Origin: Mesotaenium endlicherianum
Lineage: Eukaryota
Direction: 5' to 3'
Assembly: GCA_009602735.1 (NCBI GenBank)
Contig: WELA01001240.1
Span: forward strand, 25,005-77,825
DNA length: 52,821 bases
The position numbers were made by a program, and so were the translations under genes. Numbering within the stretch: the first letter of the stretch is position 1; each line of letters begins with the position of its first letter. Below are positions 36,501 to 48,533 of the stretch, piece after piece. The notes under the pieces are model-generated. The model worked only from the letters and a program-made list of their open reading frames with translations. It was not told the origin of the DNA and ran no database searches.

Positions 36501-38026
36501 GATAGTTCAGAACATGAATATTCAATGGACGCCCATAGTACGTGCTCCTCTCAGCAAAGATCCAGTTTTCGCTGTGAGTGAAGTACCATACCATTCGCCC
36601 CTTCCTGTAGCAAGAGACTTACTTACAGATGCCCGCAAGCTGCAGGGAAGGGCTCAATGCCAGTTCAGAGTGCCCGGTTGCAGCCTTATTGTGGCCAATG
36701 ATATCAGTATTGCGAATTCCAACAAAAGTAAGGGCAGGCAGTTGTTAGGAACTAGGCCCTGGTCACTGAATACTCTGACCCTGTGCATGTGTGAATAATT
36801 GTGTGCCTGTGTGTGTGCCTGTGTGTGCGTGCGTGCGTGCGCGTGTGTGTGCGTGTGTATGTGGTTGTGTGCCTGTGTGTGTGTGTGTGTGTATGTGTGT
36901 GTGTACGCGTCTGTGCGTTTATATCCACCAGCCAGAGGAAGTTCAGATGAGGGCCCAAACTTGGAAACTCGTCTATTGGCAGCAAGTCAAAAATGAGGAA
37001 GATTCTTTGGGGAGAAGAAACTCGAATCTGAATCGTAAGAGCCTTCCTTGTCTCGTTGTCTCACACGAAGCCCGGCAGGCTCTGCTGACGCGCCTTTACG
37101 CCACGCGCGTTCTACGTAAGACTGTAGCGATGACGCTTGTCACAGGTGCACGGCACCGTGCGCAAGGCACGATTGCGTAGACCCACTTGGCGAGCAAGTC
37201 CAGCTGCCTCCCCTCTGACAACTGCATCTATATATCCATTTCATAAGCCCGACTGAGCCCAACCAGGCAGCAGCATGCCCAGTTACACCCAGCACGTCAG
37301 CCGCCACCCTACGTGTCGAGTCACGCGCTCGTGTGCGTCAGAGACTGTCCAGGTGTCCAACCGCCGTGCACTTGGCACGAGCCGGAAGGCGTTCTGCTGA
37401 GGCGAAATGCTGTACGTAGGGGAATAGTGGAAGAGGAATCTCTACCTCTGGAGATGTATGAGATATTCTCTAACTTGCACAACCCAGCACCAATAGTCTG
37501 CTATGAAGTCCTCTTCATCTCCCTTTTTGAACGTGTGACAGTATTCATGAAAATTTGCACACGTATCACATGTGAAGTAGTTTGCACATGAAATTTGTAA
37601 AATTGTCGCTGTTGTCAATGGATGTGTTTGACTGTGTCCAATCGGTATGCAGTATTCTGGTTTCGACTCGTTCTGTTCACACCTGGTCCTTTATCATCCC
37701 CTACCTCCCCCCCCCTACCTCCCCCATGGCACACGTGCGCTTGCTCGCTCTCTTATCCCGACGGAGGGTTACACTTGCCGAGGGTAATGAGAATGTACTC
37801 TAAAGAATTGTACGCTGGCAATACACGTATGCCATACACGAAAGCAATGCATGGCCATCAAGGCAAGCGCAGGCCCTGACAAGGTTTGGAAGGCAACGTT
37901 CACGGGATGAAGGCTCAAGAGATTAGAGTTTGATTAGAGTTTTTTTGGAGGACGCTTTGTGGCGTGGAGTATGCCAACGCTGGGAAAGAGGGGGGGGGGG
38001 GAGAGAGAGAGAGAGAGAGAGTGCCG

Positions 38027-41000
38027 ATGCTGACCACGCATCATCCTCCGCGTGTGCTGCATTCCATCGCAGGCTCTGCCGCGTGCCTTGCCGCAGCGGC
38101 ACTGGCTGCGGTGTTCATGGGGCTCGTGATGTGTCAGGTGCGCATGTCGTCTCCCTGGCTCAATACCCGCAGCACTCTTAATTTTGGTTATTCTGGATCA
38201 CTTGCCTTGCCGCGCGATGGAGTGAGAGGCTAATCAACTGATACCACTTTCTGGGCGCATGCAAATATCTGACGTGCGCACGCGCACAACGCACTCACTC
38301 ACACTCTTGTGTAGACACTCATGCACACACACCGCACACACGCACATGCGCGCAGTCAATCACACACACTGACGTACACACGTGCTCACGCACACACTCT
38401 CATGCACGCACGCACACGCACGTGCATACACCCTCATCACACTCACGCATTTCTGTACATATACAACGCACACGCATGCACACATATACGCACGTTGACA
38501 CACACGCCTGCACGCACAGGCATGCACATGCACGCACACATCTGCACATGCACATGCATACCATACACACGCGCATGCACGCACACGCGCACACACACGC
38601 ATGCGGACACGCACACGCATGCGCACATACACGCACACGCACGCACACTCACATGCACACACACGCACACATATGACACACCTAGGTAATGCGTCGAATG
38701 GGTCCCCCTGTTCCTGTCGAGACGAGCAAAGTGATACTCGAAGGTCAAGATTTTGTGTCTCAGATACAGGCCCCTCGTCAGGGCTCAGCCTCCCATGACC
38801 TGTCAGGGCAGGCACGCTAGCAGGCTGGTTCCCTTGTCCCTATGCGCCGCATGCGCGGCGTCTCCCCTCCTGGGGAGCCTTTGCTCGAAGGTCAGGCAGC
38901 CCTCGCTTGCTTGCACGGGCGCCCGTTTGCGGGCGTGCATACCCTCACTGTGGCTGTCTACAGGCGTTAGTCTCCAGGCATCAAGCTACCCCCTCTTACG
39001 TGCGGACTCTCTCACCGTGGGGAGGGGGCAGATTGAGGACCACCCCTCTCTGCGTGCCAACATCTCCCCTTTTCCTATGCTCCCACCACACCGGCTTGCT
39101 CGCACGTGCGCACGTGCGCACGTGCTTGCTTGTTTGCAGCGGTGGCGAGCATTTTCATGGCTGCCGTATACGCTCGCGCATCTATCCATCAACTTCTGCT
39201 GCTTCAGTCGCCCTCTCTCTTGGCCTGGGCCAAGGAAAAGGCAGATACAGCAGCCTTTTTCACGTGCTCACTCCTTCCCGGCTCTTTCCTCTGCCGGACC
39301 CCGCTCTTGGTATCTTGGCCCCCCACCACACTTGCCAAACCCTGAGCCCTCAAAGCCTGAGCCCTTAAACCCTGAGCCCTTAAACCCTGATCTCTTAACT
39401 CCCGAGCCCTTATCCCCCGAGCCAAAAATTTTAATACGAAAACCTCAAGCTGTTGTCACAGCCTCTCCACTGCTTCTCTCCTCCCCCTTCCCCTTCCTGG
39501 CCCCTGTTTCGCACGCTCTCGCTCCCTCACCCTCAACCTTCGACTCCCCTCTCACTCTTCGCACACGCGTGACCTTCCGAGTTGCTCCACTCACACCTGC
39601 TGCCACGTGGCGTGCAGCGCTTCTTCGTGGCGCCTGATCCCGCGGCCGCCAGGTGTCACAGCCTCAGGCACAACGCCGGCGTGGGGAACATCCGCAACTG
39701 GACCCTGCCGCCCGAGTGCGTGCCGAGCGTGTGCGCCTACGTGGGCGACAGCGCACGCGCGCAGAGGGAGCGCGCGCGCTCCCGCACCCGTGTGGACCAC
39801 TTCTCTGTTCCAGACGCGCGTCGTTATGGCTCAGAGAACTCCCCTGTGGCCGAGACCGGGGTTGAGACCGGGGCAGGCGAAGGGGCAGGCGCAGGTGCCG
39901 GCGCAGACAGCCGCACCCATGGGGGGGTGGGGGCCAGTCTGTACGAGGTTGACTTTGCCGGGGCCGTCGAATCGGCCAGGGCTTTCTACGAGGGGCTAGA
40001 GGGCGCCAGGTGGCGCTCCGACCTGCTGGTGCTGGACATCGACGAAACGTCTCTACTCAACCTTGCCTACTACCGCCAGCACGCCTACGGGTGCGTCTCC
40101 CGCTCACCGAACAGCTGTCGCCGTCATGTGTCACTGTGCTGAGATGCAGGAGCATCTTTCTCTTTCATGATACTCGTGCGTTCACAATATATAGCATCCC
40201 GGAGGGAACTTTTGAAGAGGGATAGCTGTCAATAGGAGCTCTGGGAAAGAAAAAAAAAGGATGATAGCTTTAAAAGAATGAAAGAAGTTTGTAAAAGGAT
40301 GCTTTGAAGCAATGGGCGAGCTTTTAGTGTGTCTGATTCTCTCGTAAGATCTCGGCGGGGCAGTGCGAAGCCGTACGACCCGACAAGCTGGGCGGCGTGG
40401 GTGGAGACCGCGCGCGCACCGCCCGCGGTCCCCACGCTCCAGCTGTACCGCGACCTGCAGGCGGCCAATTGGAGCGTGGCGTTCGTCACGGGCCGCCCGG
40501 AGTCGCAGCGCAACGCCAGCAAATCAAATCTCATCCGCGCGGGCTACAGCGGCTGGGCGGCGCTCGTCATGAGGCAAGCGCCCAACAATTGGCAAGCTGC
40601 TGCCCCCCCAGCGGCGCGTGCGCGACTTGCTCCGGGGAGATGCCTTGGTTCCGTTTGCAATCCACTATGCTGAATGACAGAGTATAGGATTAACCACGGT
40701 CCATGATACATACGTCTGAGGGGATGTCCCTGCGTAGGTGTGCATGTATGCGTGTGCATGTGACTGTTAGTTGACCTGTAGTGATCCACCTGAACCCGCC
40801 CTTACCCCCCCCCTCCCCTCCGCCCCCTCCCCGNNNNNNNNNNCCCCCTGCCCCTGCCACCGACACTGCACCCCCAAACATGCACACACACACACACACA
40901 CACACATGCACACTAACATGATGTTGAAACTCTCCCCTGCAGGCAGCCGCACGAGGCCAACGAGACGGCGCTGGTGTTCAAATCGAGAGCGCGGGAGAGG

Positions 41001-41120
41001 CTCGAGCAGTCGGGCTATCGCATTTTGGGCGGCCTCGGGGACCAGTGGAGCGATCTGCAGGGCCCCCACCACGGCGCCCGCACCTTCAAGCTGCCCAACC
41101 CCATGTACTATATAGCATGA
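38027..41120 (+). CDS. HAD superfamily subfamily IIIB acid phosphatase (plant acid phosphatase 1 / VSP-like), paralogue 1; exons 38027-38137, 39618-40090, 40364-40573, 40943-41120
   Basis: Hydrophobic N-terminal exon. Motifs [24 protein letters not shown] (DxD), [22 protein letters not shown] and FKLPNPMYY. All splice phases are compatible and the last intron is GC-AG. Exon 1 is the least certain. Confidence 0.92.
38268..38682. repeat. Degenerate (CA/CGCA)n low-complexity tract in intron 1
   Basis: Seen directly. Similar tracts at 36785-36910 and 45760-45885. Confidence 0.9.
39337..39424. repeat. Degenerate ~15-bp tandem repeat containing AAACCCT (telomere-like)
   Basis: aaaccctgagccctc-aaagcctgagccctt-aaaccctgagcccctt-aaaccctgatctctt... 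Confidence 0.7.
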
Positions 41121-41369
41121 TCATGTCCCGCGTACCTACAGACAAGAGCTTGGTGGCCTATTTTGATGATCGTAGAACCCCCCCTTGCACGTGCCGCATG
41201 AGTTGTGCGCGTGGATAGTTTGCACACTGGCCTTGCTGTGATGGACTCGAGTTGTAGTAGGAGAGTTGACATGGTACTGTAATGAATGGTGCTAGTCATA
41301 AATCTCTATGTTGAGAGTCAACGTGGAGAGTCAACGTGGAGAATCAATGTGGAGAGTGGACATTGACCG

Positions 41370-43050
41370 TTGAGGAGCACGCAGTTCATGGTCATGTGAA
41401 ATGCTCCCAAAGTTGCACTGTACTAGCTCACGCACGGTGATCTACTCGGGCCCCGTTCACACTCTAGAGCGCTCGAGTTTTGAGTCGTAGGATGTAGGAG
41501 GTGTATCTTTGCATCGGAGCTCAAGTATGTAATTATTGACATGCTGGTGCTAGGAGAGGTCTTGTAGTTGAACACTATATTGCTCGCGTATCGTGCGCTG
41601 TCTAGTAACAACGGGTGCAAACTCTTCTGAGACAGGAGGTGGTAAGAAGTACGCTGTGATGGCCGGGTGTAGTCTGTCTTGTGTCTTGGGCATTGGCAGG
41701 GTAACGCTTTTTAATTTTGGAACACTTGCACGAGCCTATGCGTATACTTATTTAAGCACATGTTCATTGTAGGTCTAACGTGAACAAAAGTAGGGCCAGT
41801 CAATGAAGCAATCTACAATTTCACTAGATTGTAAGTGAAGGTTTTGCTTCAGTATTGGGGACACTAAACATTTTCATAGTTTGTTGAAGATCCTTCATGT
41901 TTTCGTGTCGACTTCGACAATAGTTCAAAATTTGAAATTTTGATTCAGGCGTCCATGGTAGGCGAGCTATCTATGTGAGCATTATTAGGATCGTGTGAGT
42001 AACTTTACCCCACCGACACCTTTGAATTCACAAAGAATCAATTCAATATTTCTTACCTCATGATGAGTGATGCTCAATACGCATTGGTATGAACTTCCTG
42101 TGTGCCTTTTAACTTATAGCACACTGAAATAGCCACATCTTTTACTATGAGTAATTTTTGAGGTATAGGACATTGTCAAACTTGGTGCCTATATATGCAA
42201 AATACATGTTACGGTATATACACTTCATATTGCAATGAGGTTCAAGAAAAATATTATTTGGATGATGATGCTCAACCCTTTCACTCAAATTATCGCAAAA
42301 TTGGCAAGTACACCCATTTATATTAGTTCTATGCTTGAGCATCTACCATCAAGGATGATTGAGTTTTGGCAAACTTAAATTTATACATGAGACACTCAGG
42401 TTTTACCGAGCTTGAAGTGTTGTACACATGCAAAACCAAAGGCGTGAGGACGCATTATTTGAGGGTTTGCAAATACACCTTCTATACACAGGGTGCCTCC
42501 GAGGAACTTAGCTTTGTGATTCAACTTTCAAGTATTGAAGAGAGTTAAGACGTTGCTACCACGGGAGGTCTTGAAACGGGACGTTTTAAAAGCTTGTGCA
42601 AATTTTGAATCAAGAGGAGTAAGGTTGCCAAGAAGATGGCTATTTCTTCAAATTGGATGATGTCTTATTGGGTTGCTACGTCTACGATGCATAAAGATTG
42701 CTTGGATATGTGCTTTCTTTTTCCAATTCCAATATGTGCTTACTCAAGCTTATAACACTTACGTCCATGCAAGCGTGGCGAGATGGGTACAGGTGACAAA
42801 CATGTATGTGATGAACGTTACGGAACCATGTAGGAGAAGTTGAAGAAAGGAGTTGATGATAAGACCAACATTTTAAGTCATGGGTCAACTTGTGACGTGA
42901 TATTTTTGTGAAAAGAGCAAGTTTGACCTGCTCTGTAGTTGGTTCAACAATCGTCATAAAGCATTTGAAAACACATTGTAGTACACTAGCCACATCTTTT
43001 GGTCTCCTCAAACCATCTCAATTCAATCAGTACACAATGATCACATCCGA
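41370..43050 (-). mobile_element. Possible highly decayed hAT-type transposase remnant
   Basis: Minus-strand SSALECERG near 41455-41480 resembles the hAT dimerisation motif S(S/T)AxxER, in AT-rich fragmented coding-like sequence. Weak evidence. Confidence 0.3.
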
Positions 43051-46000
43051 ACGTCTCTTTGGTGCTCCTTGGCCATCTTTGGTACTCAGGTGGCTCTGGT
43101 GACTGGCACCACACCTCCCGAGGCCCAAGTCCTGCTGGCCCCTGGCCCCTGGGTCCTCTCCTTCAGGACCTGCACCAACCTGCACTCTCCGAGTGCTCTC
43201 GAGTCTCGACTCTCGACTCTCGAGTAGACTTCCTTATTGACTTTTGTCAGACTGGTCTAGAATCTGGATTGGTCCATCTGGGAGCAGATCGGTGCAGGTC
43301 CGTTACGATTTGATCCCCCGTTGACTTATACCACAACATATCAAATTTAGCATCGACTCGCGCGATCCTGTACCTCGTGGCACACTCAGGAGCAAAGCGT
43401 GTGTAGATGTGAACCAATCCACCGTTCACAACTTCACAACCACATTCAATTTTTTCTTGGTGGCTCCAATTCTGCGCTAACTTGGCGCTAACAGAGTGCA
43501 ATGTTATTATCACGATCAATCACGAATCTCGATTATATCTTATTTCTCCTGGACGGACGTCGTCACCGTGTTTGGTGTCATCCGGGAGGGCTCACTTCCA
43601 TGTACTTCGAGGTTCTCAAATTTCAATCCTCGTCAGGATTTAGCAGTTCAATCATATCATGAGGGATCCCCTCTTAGGGGTGGATTGGCCAACATTAGTT
43701 CTTCGTGAGAAGCTCTTCGTGTGAAGACTCCAGTTTTAGTTGTTGAAGCTGTTCCAGAAGCGGACTTGCATGTCGCTGTCACCCTGCCTACCTTGAGAGG
43801 TTTTTTTCGTCCTACCATATTCCTGCGGGATTGGACTCGCATCTTCCGGCTTGACGTGGGGAGTTGCTGGTCGAAATCGCAGTTGCTTGCTGTCGACGTC
43901 TCTTATTGAGAAGCTTCTCAGTCTCATATCTGTGACCCGCCAAGTTCCAAGGTATGTCCGCAGTGTCTCCTACTTCCATCTTCCTTCCTCTCAGTTCCTT
44001 GCGCTCGACGCCTGCCTTGGCAATCAGTAGCTTGTGCCAGTCTTTGGTCAGCAGGAGTTTGCTGCAAGCTTCTCAGGCCTTGGGCCACTACGTTGCCCGA
44101 GCAAAAATGCCATTTGAATGGTGCATTTGTATGTGCACGAACTGGATTGCTGGGCTGTTGCCCGGCATTTGTGTCGTGTGTGGCATGAACGCTGCATCTA
44201 AAGTGCAAAACTAGTCTCACATTGTTATTTTCATCATCTTAGGGGGAATAGCCGTGGAGAGCTGGTCATACGAGGAGAGGAGGGTAGTTTTTCTGGGTAG
44301 TCACCCCAGTCGAGGGAACTCCGACCTTTTTAAGTCAGTGGCCGCTCTTGCAGGGGCCATCACTAGTCAGAGAGTCTGCTCGTTGTAGCAGGGGTCATCA
44401 CTAGTCGATAAGGAAGTCGAGGGGAGTCAGTGGTTGCTGCCTGCAGCAGGCGCTGCCACTCAGTCAAACCGAAAGTCTAAGGGGTTCGACGATTTGCAGG
44501 GCCTCCAATGCATGCTGACATGCTTTCCTGCACTGCTGTGACAAAACGAAGTTTGACCAAGTCAAGGGAGGTCAAATGGCGACACTCCCCGTGGCCCCTC
44601 TTGCTCCTCACAGTGGGGCAGGGCTTGGCAGTTCCGGAAGCTTCTCAGAGAGTGCTGCTGCGCCGGGAGAGTGCAGGGCATTAAGATCTGAGGGAGCTGC
44701 ACGTTGTGTCGTTGTCTCGGCCGTCTCTCTGCGGTCCTCGTTGCCATCCCCATGGCTGCAAGAGCCGCGCTCGCAGGCGACGTTCTGGTTATCGCCGTGG
44801 TTGTGGTTGCCTGGTTGTCGTGGACGTAACGTTGTGCTGTGCTCGTGGCGCCGCCGCTGGCGTCGCGTGGCTGTGCCCTCGTCGTCGTCGTCGTTGTTGG
44901 TGTCGTGGTTGCTGCCGTCAAGCTTGGGCGCGGGCTGTTCGGACTCACGCAGGCCACGTGCTTGTCCAGGATTGGAGTGCGCACAGGGAGGGAGGGAGGG
45001 AAGGAGGGAGGGAGGGACGTGTAGTTGTGGCCACGCTTCGCAGAGTCGTGCTTTTTTCCATCCACGGGGGTGCTTTTTTCCATCCACGGGGTCGCTGCAC
45101 AGAAGGGACGCTGAGTGGGCCGCACTGGTGGCTGTCTCGAGTAAGGAGGAGAGTGGCGTGAGGAGGTACCTGGTGGCTTGAGGTACCTGGAGCCTGGAGA
45201 GGAAGAGGGGGAGAGGGGAAGAGGGGAAAAGGGGGAGGGAGAATGGNNNNNNNNNNNNNNNNNNNNNNNNNNNNNNNNNNNNNNNNNNNNNNNNNNNNNN
45301 NNNNNNNNNNNNNNNNNNNNNNNNNNNNNNNNNNNNNNNNNNNNNNNNNNNNNNNNNNNNNNNNNNNNNNNNNNNNNNNNNNNNNNNNNNNNNNNNNNNN
45401 NNNNNNNNNNNNNNNNNNNNNNNNNNNNNNNNNNNNNNNNNNNNNNNNNNNNNNNNNNNNNNNNNNNNNNNNNNNNNNNNNNNNNNNNNNNNNNNNNNNN
45501 NNNNNNNNNNNNNNNNNNNNNNNNNNNNNNNNNNNNGGGGGGTGGGGGGGGGGTACTAGGAGTCTATGGCGAGGAGGTGAAAATGAGAGTGCTGCATGCA
45601 TGCCTTCCTTCTGGAGGGGCTGGAGGGGCTGTGTGTTGTTGTGCTGGATGAAAATTAGGGAGGATGAAGGAGATTTGCGTTGCTTTCTCCATTACATGTG
45701 CCCGGGTGGTCCAAAGATCGAGATGGGCTTAATCTAGTCTGGTCTGCAGCCTGCACGCCCATGCACATGCATATGCACGCCCGCGCTCACGCTCGCGCGT
45801 GCGCGCGCGCACACACACACACACATACACACACACACACACACACGCGCGCGCGCACACACACACACGTGCGTGTGTGTGTGTCAAGAGGGAGAAGGAG
45901 AGAGAGGCTCTGCGACAACTCCCTGAGGTGTCTAGTCCCCCCTCAGCAGCGATGTATCACCACCAGTGCTTCTCTTCTTCTTTCTGCGAGTCTTCCTCCC

Positions 46001-46759
46001 TCCCGGCCTTCCCCCCTTCCCCCCTTCCCCCCTTCATCCTCCCCCTCCAACCCTCCCACCCTCCCACCTTCTGATCTCCAACAATGCGAGCAGATCGTTC
46101 ATTTGACACCCTCGTCAAACTGCCCCTCCTCTCTTGTTTTTTTTTCTGCCGTTCTCCAGGTGCGCAGCAGGCGAGCAAGCAGGTTAGTTCCGTCGACTGC
46201 TCTCCTAGCTGCAGGTGCCAGGTGGCACGTGCTGTCAACGCCAGGTCAGCAGAAGGAGCTGGAGAAAGCCCCAGAGGGGAGCAGGAGCAGCATCGTGTCG
46301 CTACGTTCGAATCTGCGTCTATGTTCTTTCTTGTGTATCTGTATATCGAATATGAGTAACAGAGTTACGCCCTCAATTGTGATTCTGAGAAAGGGGCATG
46401 TTGATGTCTGCGTGCCCCTGATCTGGTCTGACAGCAGACGCACATCACTACTCGACTGCATACTGAATTGGACCTTGTGAGTTGAGGTGTAGAGTCTCCC
46501 TTGGCATCCTTTTGTGGCACAGGAGGTCTTGCAGTGAGCCCCCCCGGAGAGTTGTCGGTTGCTTTTCTGAAACCAGCACTCCCCCTCTCATTCACCAGGA
46601 CCACCACCACTACCACCGCCGCCAGCACCAGACTACCGAAGGCAGAAGAGGAGACAGGGGGGAAGCAGAGAGAGGGACGCAGGGAGTAGAATCCGACGAG
46701 CAGGAAAAAGGAGGAGAAGAGGAAGAAGGGGAGCGAGAGAGGAGAGAAGGAGAGGGAGC

Positions 46760-47395
46760 ATGTCGGGCCTTCTGAGGAGCCTCTCGGCGGCGGCGCCGTT
46801 CCGCGCCATCGCCGAAACGTGGGCGCCGTCGCCGTCGGTGTCGTCGCTGGAGACGGACCTGGTGAGGGAGGAGGACGAGGAGGAGGAGCAGGAGGGGCGG
46901 CAGGGAGGGGCAGGGGCAGGAGGGGGCAAGGGGGAGACGCCGCAGCAGCAGGCAAGCGCAAAAGTTGAGGACGCCACGCGTATGGTGGTGCTGCCGAAGT
47001 ATCTCAAAGATAGAGTGAAGGAGGGGCAGGGGCCGTCGCCATCGCCATCGCCGCGCGGGCAGGCGCCAGCTGGCGGCAAGGAGGGGGCCGCTGCGGCGGC
47101 CCCAGGTGGCGCCGCCGGCGACTCGCCCTGGGCCTACCTGTGGGACGCGCAATCTGAGGCGACCAATAAAAAGCCGGCGGGCGACGAGGCGGGCGGCGCC
47201 GCCCGCAAGGAGAAGGGCGTCGCAAAGAAGAAGCCGTCTATGCGCCGGGCAGCGGCCACGGCGCCGGGCGAGGAGGAGGCGACAGCTGGCGCGGGCTTGG
47301 GCACGGCGGCAGTCAAGCCGCGAGCCCGCCTCCAGAAGGCGCAGACAGCGTCGCCCAGCTTCTTCGCCGTGTCCTCAGCCGACGAGCCCAAGTGA
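46760..47395 (+). CDS. Probable 211-aa low-complexity (Ala/Gly/Glu/Lys-rich) protein of unknown function
   Basis: ATG-to-stop ORF with GC-rich codon usage like neighbouring exons. Short ordered-looking motifs (RMVVLPKYLKD, SPWAYLWD). No family recognised. Confidence 0.5.
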   Translation: MSGLLRSLSAAAPFRAIAETWAPSPSVSSLETDLVREEDEEEEQEGRQGGAGAGGGKGETPQQQASAKVEDATRMVVLPKYLKDRVKEGQGPSPSPSPRGQAPAGGKEGAAAAAPGGAAGDSPWAYLWDAQSEATNKKPAGDEAGGAARKEKGVAKKKPSMRRAAATAPGEEEATAGAGLGTAAVKPRARLQKAQTASPSFFAVSSADEPK

Positions 47396-47633
47396 TGCGC
47401 CACCTGGCACGCGCGCGCGCGCGCGCGTCCTCTCTGCCGGGGGGCAGCTGGCCCCAGCAGGCGCAGGGCTGCATGCTTTGCGCTCCTGGCTGCTTCTGTG
47501 CATCTAGACACCTGATGTATGGGAAGGAGAAGAGGCTGGTAGTCTCTGCCCACTGGGAGTGTGGGCTGTTGGGGGGGTTGAGGTTGGGGAAGCGGGGGTG
47601 GAGTAGTGCGCGAGTTGAATGAGGGGGTGGTTA

Positions 47634-48533
47634 NNNNNNNNNNNNNNNNNNNNNNNNNNNNNNNNNNNNNNNNNNNNNNNNNNNNNNNNNNNNNNNNNNN
47701 NNNNNNNNNNNNNNNNNNNNNNNNNNNNNNNNNNNNNNNNNNNNNNNNNNNNNNNNNNNNNNNNNNNNNNNNNNNNNNNNNNNNNNNNNNNNNNNNNNNN
47801 NNNNNNNNNNNNNNNNNNNNNNNNNNNNNNNNNNNNNNNNNNNNNNNNNNNNNNNNNNNNNNNNNNNNNNNNNNNNNNNNNNNNNNNNNNNNNNNNNNNN
47901 NNNNNNNNNNNNNNNNNNNNNNNNNNNNNNNNNNNNNNNNNNNNNNNNNNNNNNNNNNNNNNNNNNNNNNNNNNNNNNNNNNNNNNNNNNNNNNNNNNNN
48001 NNNNNNNNNNNNNNNNNNNNNNNNNNNNNNNNNNNNNNNNNNNNNNNNNNNNNNNNNNNNNNNNNNNNNNNNNNNNNNNNNNNNNNNNNNNNNNNNNNNN
48101 NNNNNNNNNNNNNNNNNNNNNNNNNNNNNNNNNNNNNNNNNNNNNNNNNNNNNNNNNNNNNNNNNNNNNNNNNNNNNNNNNNNNNNNNNNNNNNNNNNNN
48201 NNNNNNNNNNNNNNNNNNNNNNNNNNNNNNNNNNNNNNNNNNNNNNNNNNNNNNNNNNNNNNNNNNNNNNNNNNNNNNNNNNNNNNNNNNNNNNNNNNNN
48301 NNNNNNNNNNNNNNNNNNNNNNNNNNNNNNNNNNNNNNNNNNNNNNNNNNNNNNNNNNNNNNNNNNNNNNNNNNNNNNNNNNNNNNNNNNNNNNNNNNNN
48401 NNNNNNNNNNNNNNNNNNNNNNNNNNNNNNNNNNNNNNNNNNNNNNNNNNNNNNNNNNNNNNNNNNNNNNNNNNNNNNNNNNNNNNNNNNNNNNNNNNNN
48501 NNNNNNNNNNNNNNNNNNNNNNNNNNNNNNNNN
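47634..48533. other. Assembly gap (other gaps at 45247-45536, 40834-40843, 51903)
   Basis: Runs of N. Confidence 0.98.

Noticed and set aside
38321..38815. His/Thr- or Cys/Val-rich ORFs (also 36.8 kb, 45.8 kb, 52.2 kb)
   Set aside because: Translations of CA/TG/AT microsatellites.
41313..41357. 13-bp tandem repeat (gagagtcaacgtg x3) as a CRISPR-like or regulatory array
   Set aside because: No spacers, only three units, eukaryotic context. An ordinary minisatellite.
43600..45180. Possible LINE ORF1/5' region or additional gene
   Set aside because: No recognisable domain, consistent frame or splice structure could be supported.
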